64,000 nt of DNA from Mobula hypostoma (lineage: Eukaryota). Shown piece by piece: positions 62,475 to 64,000 of this stretch; position 1 is the stretch's first letter; every line of letters begins with the position of its first letter. A program made the translations under genes and the position numbers. Under the pieces are notes generated by a model that was not told where the DNA came from, made no database searches, and worked only from the letters and a program-made list of their open reading frames with translations. The stretch is from NCBI RefSeq assembly GCF_963921235.1, contig NC_086097.1, positions 29,700,001 through 29,764,000 of the forward strand, given 5' to 3'.

Positions 62475-63035
62475 GGACCTGGGTGACTGTCAGGAGAGGG
62501 AAAGAAAATGCCAGCCAGTGCAGAGTACCCCAAGGCTGTTCCCCTCAATAATAAGTATACGGGTGGTATATTGTTGGGGAAATAACTTACCGGGGGGAGC
62601 TGCAGTGACCGGGTCTCTGGCACTGAGTCCGGTGCGGTGATTCAGAAGAGAGGAAGGGTGAAGAGGACTGCAGTAGTGATAGGGGATTCCCTGCTCAGAG
62701 GAGTAGACACAAGATTCTGTGGACACCTGGATGGTACGTTGCCTCCAAGGTGCCGGGGCAGAGATGTCTTGGATAGGGTCCATGGCATTCGAAAGGCAGA
62801 GGATGGGCACTCAGAAGTCTTGGTTCATGTTGGCACCAATGGCATAAGTAGGAAAAAGGAGCTGGTCCTTTTAGAGAATTTAAAGATCTAGGTAGAAAAC
62901 TGAAAAGCAGGATCTTCAGGGTAGCAATCTCCTGAATGCTGCCTGTGCCATGCGCCATTGAGGATAAGAATAGGATGGTTTGGCAGATGAATGCATGGCT
63001 GAGGAACTAGGGCAGGGGGCAGAGTTTCAGTTTGC
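62475..63035 (+). mobile_element. CR1 ORF1 fragment (SGNH esterase-like domain)
   Basis: AVVIGDSLLRGVDTRFCG...VLVHVGTNG (GDS and GxN blocks). Confidence 0.8.
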
Positions 63036-63902
63036 TTGGCCTTTCTGCCAGTCTGCGTGGCCTTTCCAGGCGAGTGGCAAATATTGGGTTCTGCCCCAAT
63101 CCCATGTTCTATACAATGTGATCTACGCTACTGTCTATTGAGCAGATCCGTTTTTCACTCCATGATTCTGCTGCTTTCAGTACAGCGACAGCAGGGTAGA
63201 AGATGTATAAGATGATGAGAGGCATTGATCATGTGGATAGTCAGAGGCTTTTTCCCAGGGCTGATATGCCTGCCACAAGAGGACACAGGTTTAAGGTGCT
63301 GGGGAGTAGGTACAGAGGAGATGTCAGGGTTAAATTTTTTTTACGTAGAGAGTGGTGAGTGCATGGCATGGGCTGCTGGCAACGGTGGTGGAGGCGGATA
63401 CGATAGGGTCTTTTAAGAGACTTTTGGATAGGTACATGGAGCTTAGAAAAATAGAGGACTATGGGTAAGCCTAGTAATTTCTAAGGTAGCGACATGCTCG
63501 GCACAACTTTGTGGGCCAAAGGGCCTGTATTGTGCTGTAGGTTTTCTATGTTTCTATGACCAGAAGCATATGGGTATCAATGATTATATTTGACTGGTAA
63601 GAGTGTTAGGGACTCCTGCGGCGTCAGGGATGCACCAAATTTGAACAATAAGAGTGTCAGGACACCTGCCATCAGGGACTCACCAAATCCGTATGGCAAG
63701 AGCACTAGGAACACCTAAGATCTGGCATCAGAGACACACCAGATCTGGCATCAGGGGGGCATCAGTACCAGTAAAGAGAGGAAGTAAGAGTGACAATTGT
63801 GGAAACAGCTCATAAGTTTAATCACTCCAGGATGACCTAATGAATAAAAGAAAGAGAAAATACGGTAAGTCGGGTGAGAAGGAGAGATAGAAATTGGTAA
63901 TA

Positions 63903-64000
63903 ATGGGTCAAAGAGAGTCTATCCCTGTCCCAAATAAAGGAACACCAGCATGGTATATGTTTAATGATTATGGGAAGGGATCAGTGGAAGAATTGCCTAA
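63903..64000 (+). mobile_element. Possible endogenous retrovirus gag N-terminus (runs off the window)
   Basis: MGQRESIPVPNKGTPAWYMFNDYGKGSVEELP with an MGxxxS myristoylation motif, preceded by a leader with short repeats (63610-63770). Confidence 0.4.

Noticed and set aside
63053..63215. Possible terminal AGBL3 exon (phase-1 open frame after ctgccag)
   Set aside because: No homology support; it is wedged between CR1 fragments and its stop lies inside CR1 sequence. Not supportable without RNA data.

Overview
Repeat-dense vertebrate DNA. The repeat spectrum (CR1, Rex1/Babar, Penelope-like, V-SINE/HE1-like elements, 51/52-bp satellite) suggests a cartilaginous fish, probably a ray; this is inference. 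The window lies inside one + strand gene for a cytosolic carboxypeptidase of the M14D family (tubulin deglutamylase), most similar to AGBL3/CCP3. I traced 17 GT-AG exons from 3728 to 57350 that join in one open frame (2560 nt, ~853 codons) with intact Zn-binding and catalytic motifs. I did not find the start or final stop, which probably lie outside the window. The introns are stacks of mobile elements. Most notable: (1) a minus-strand Gypsy LTR element whose pol region is replaced by an intronless fragment of the host splicing-factor gene RBM25, later hit by a second Gypsy element and a LINE; (2) Penelope-like pseudo-LTRs carrying minimal hammerhead ribozyme motifs of two families, including a TSD-flanked fold-back element with no ORF; (3) a Tx1-clade LINE whose 5' end directly abuts a ~43-copy 51-bp minisatellite; (4) an intron in the catalytic region bounded by a CAGGTAC direct repeat; (5) a possible endogenous retrovirus gag start at the window end. 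All identifications come from reading the sequence and recalled family motifs; no database searches were run.
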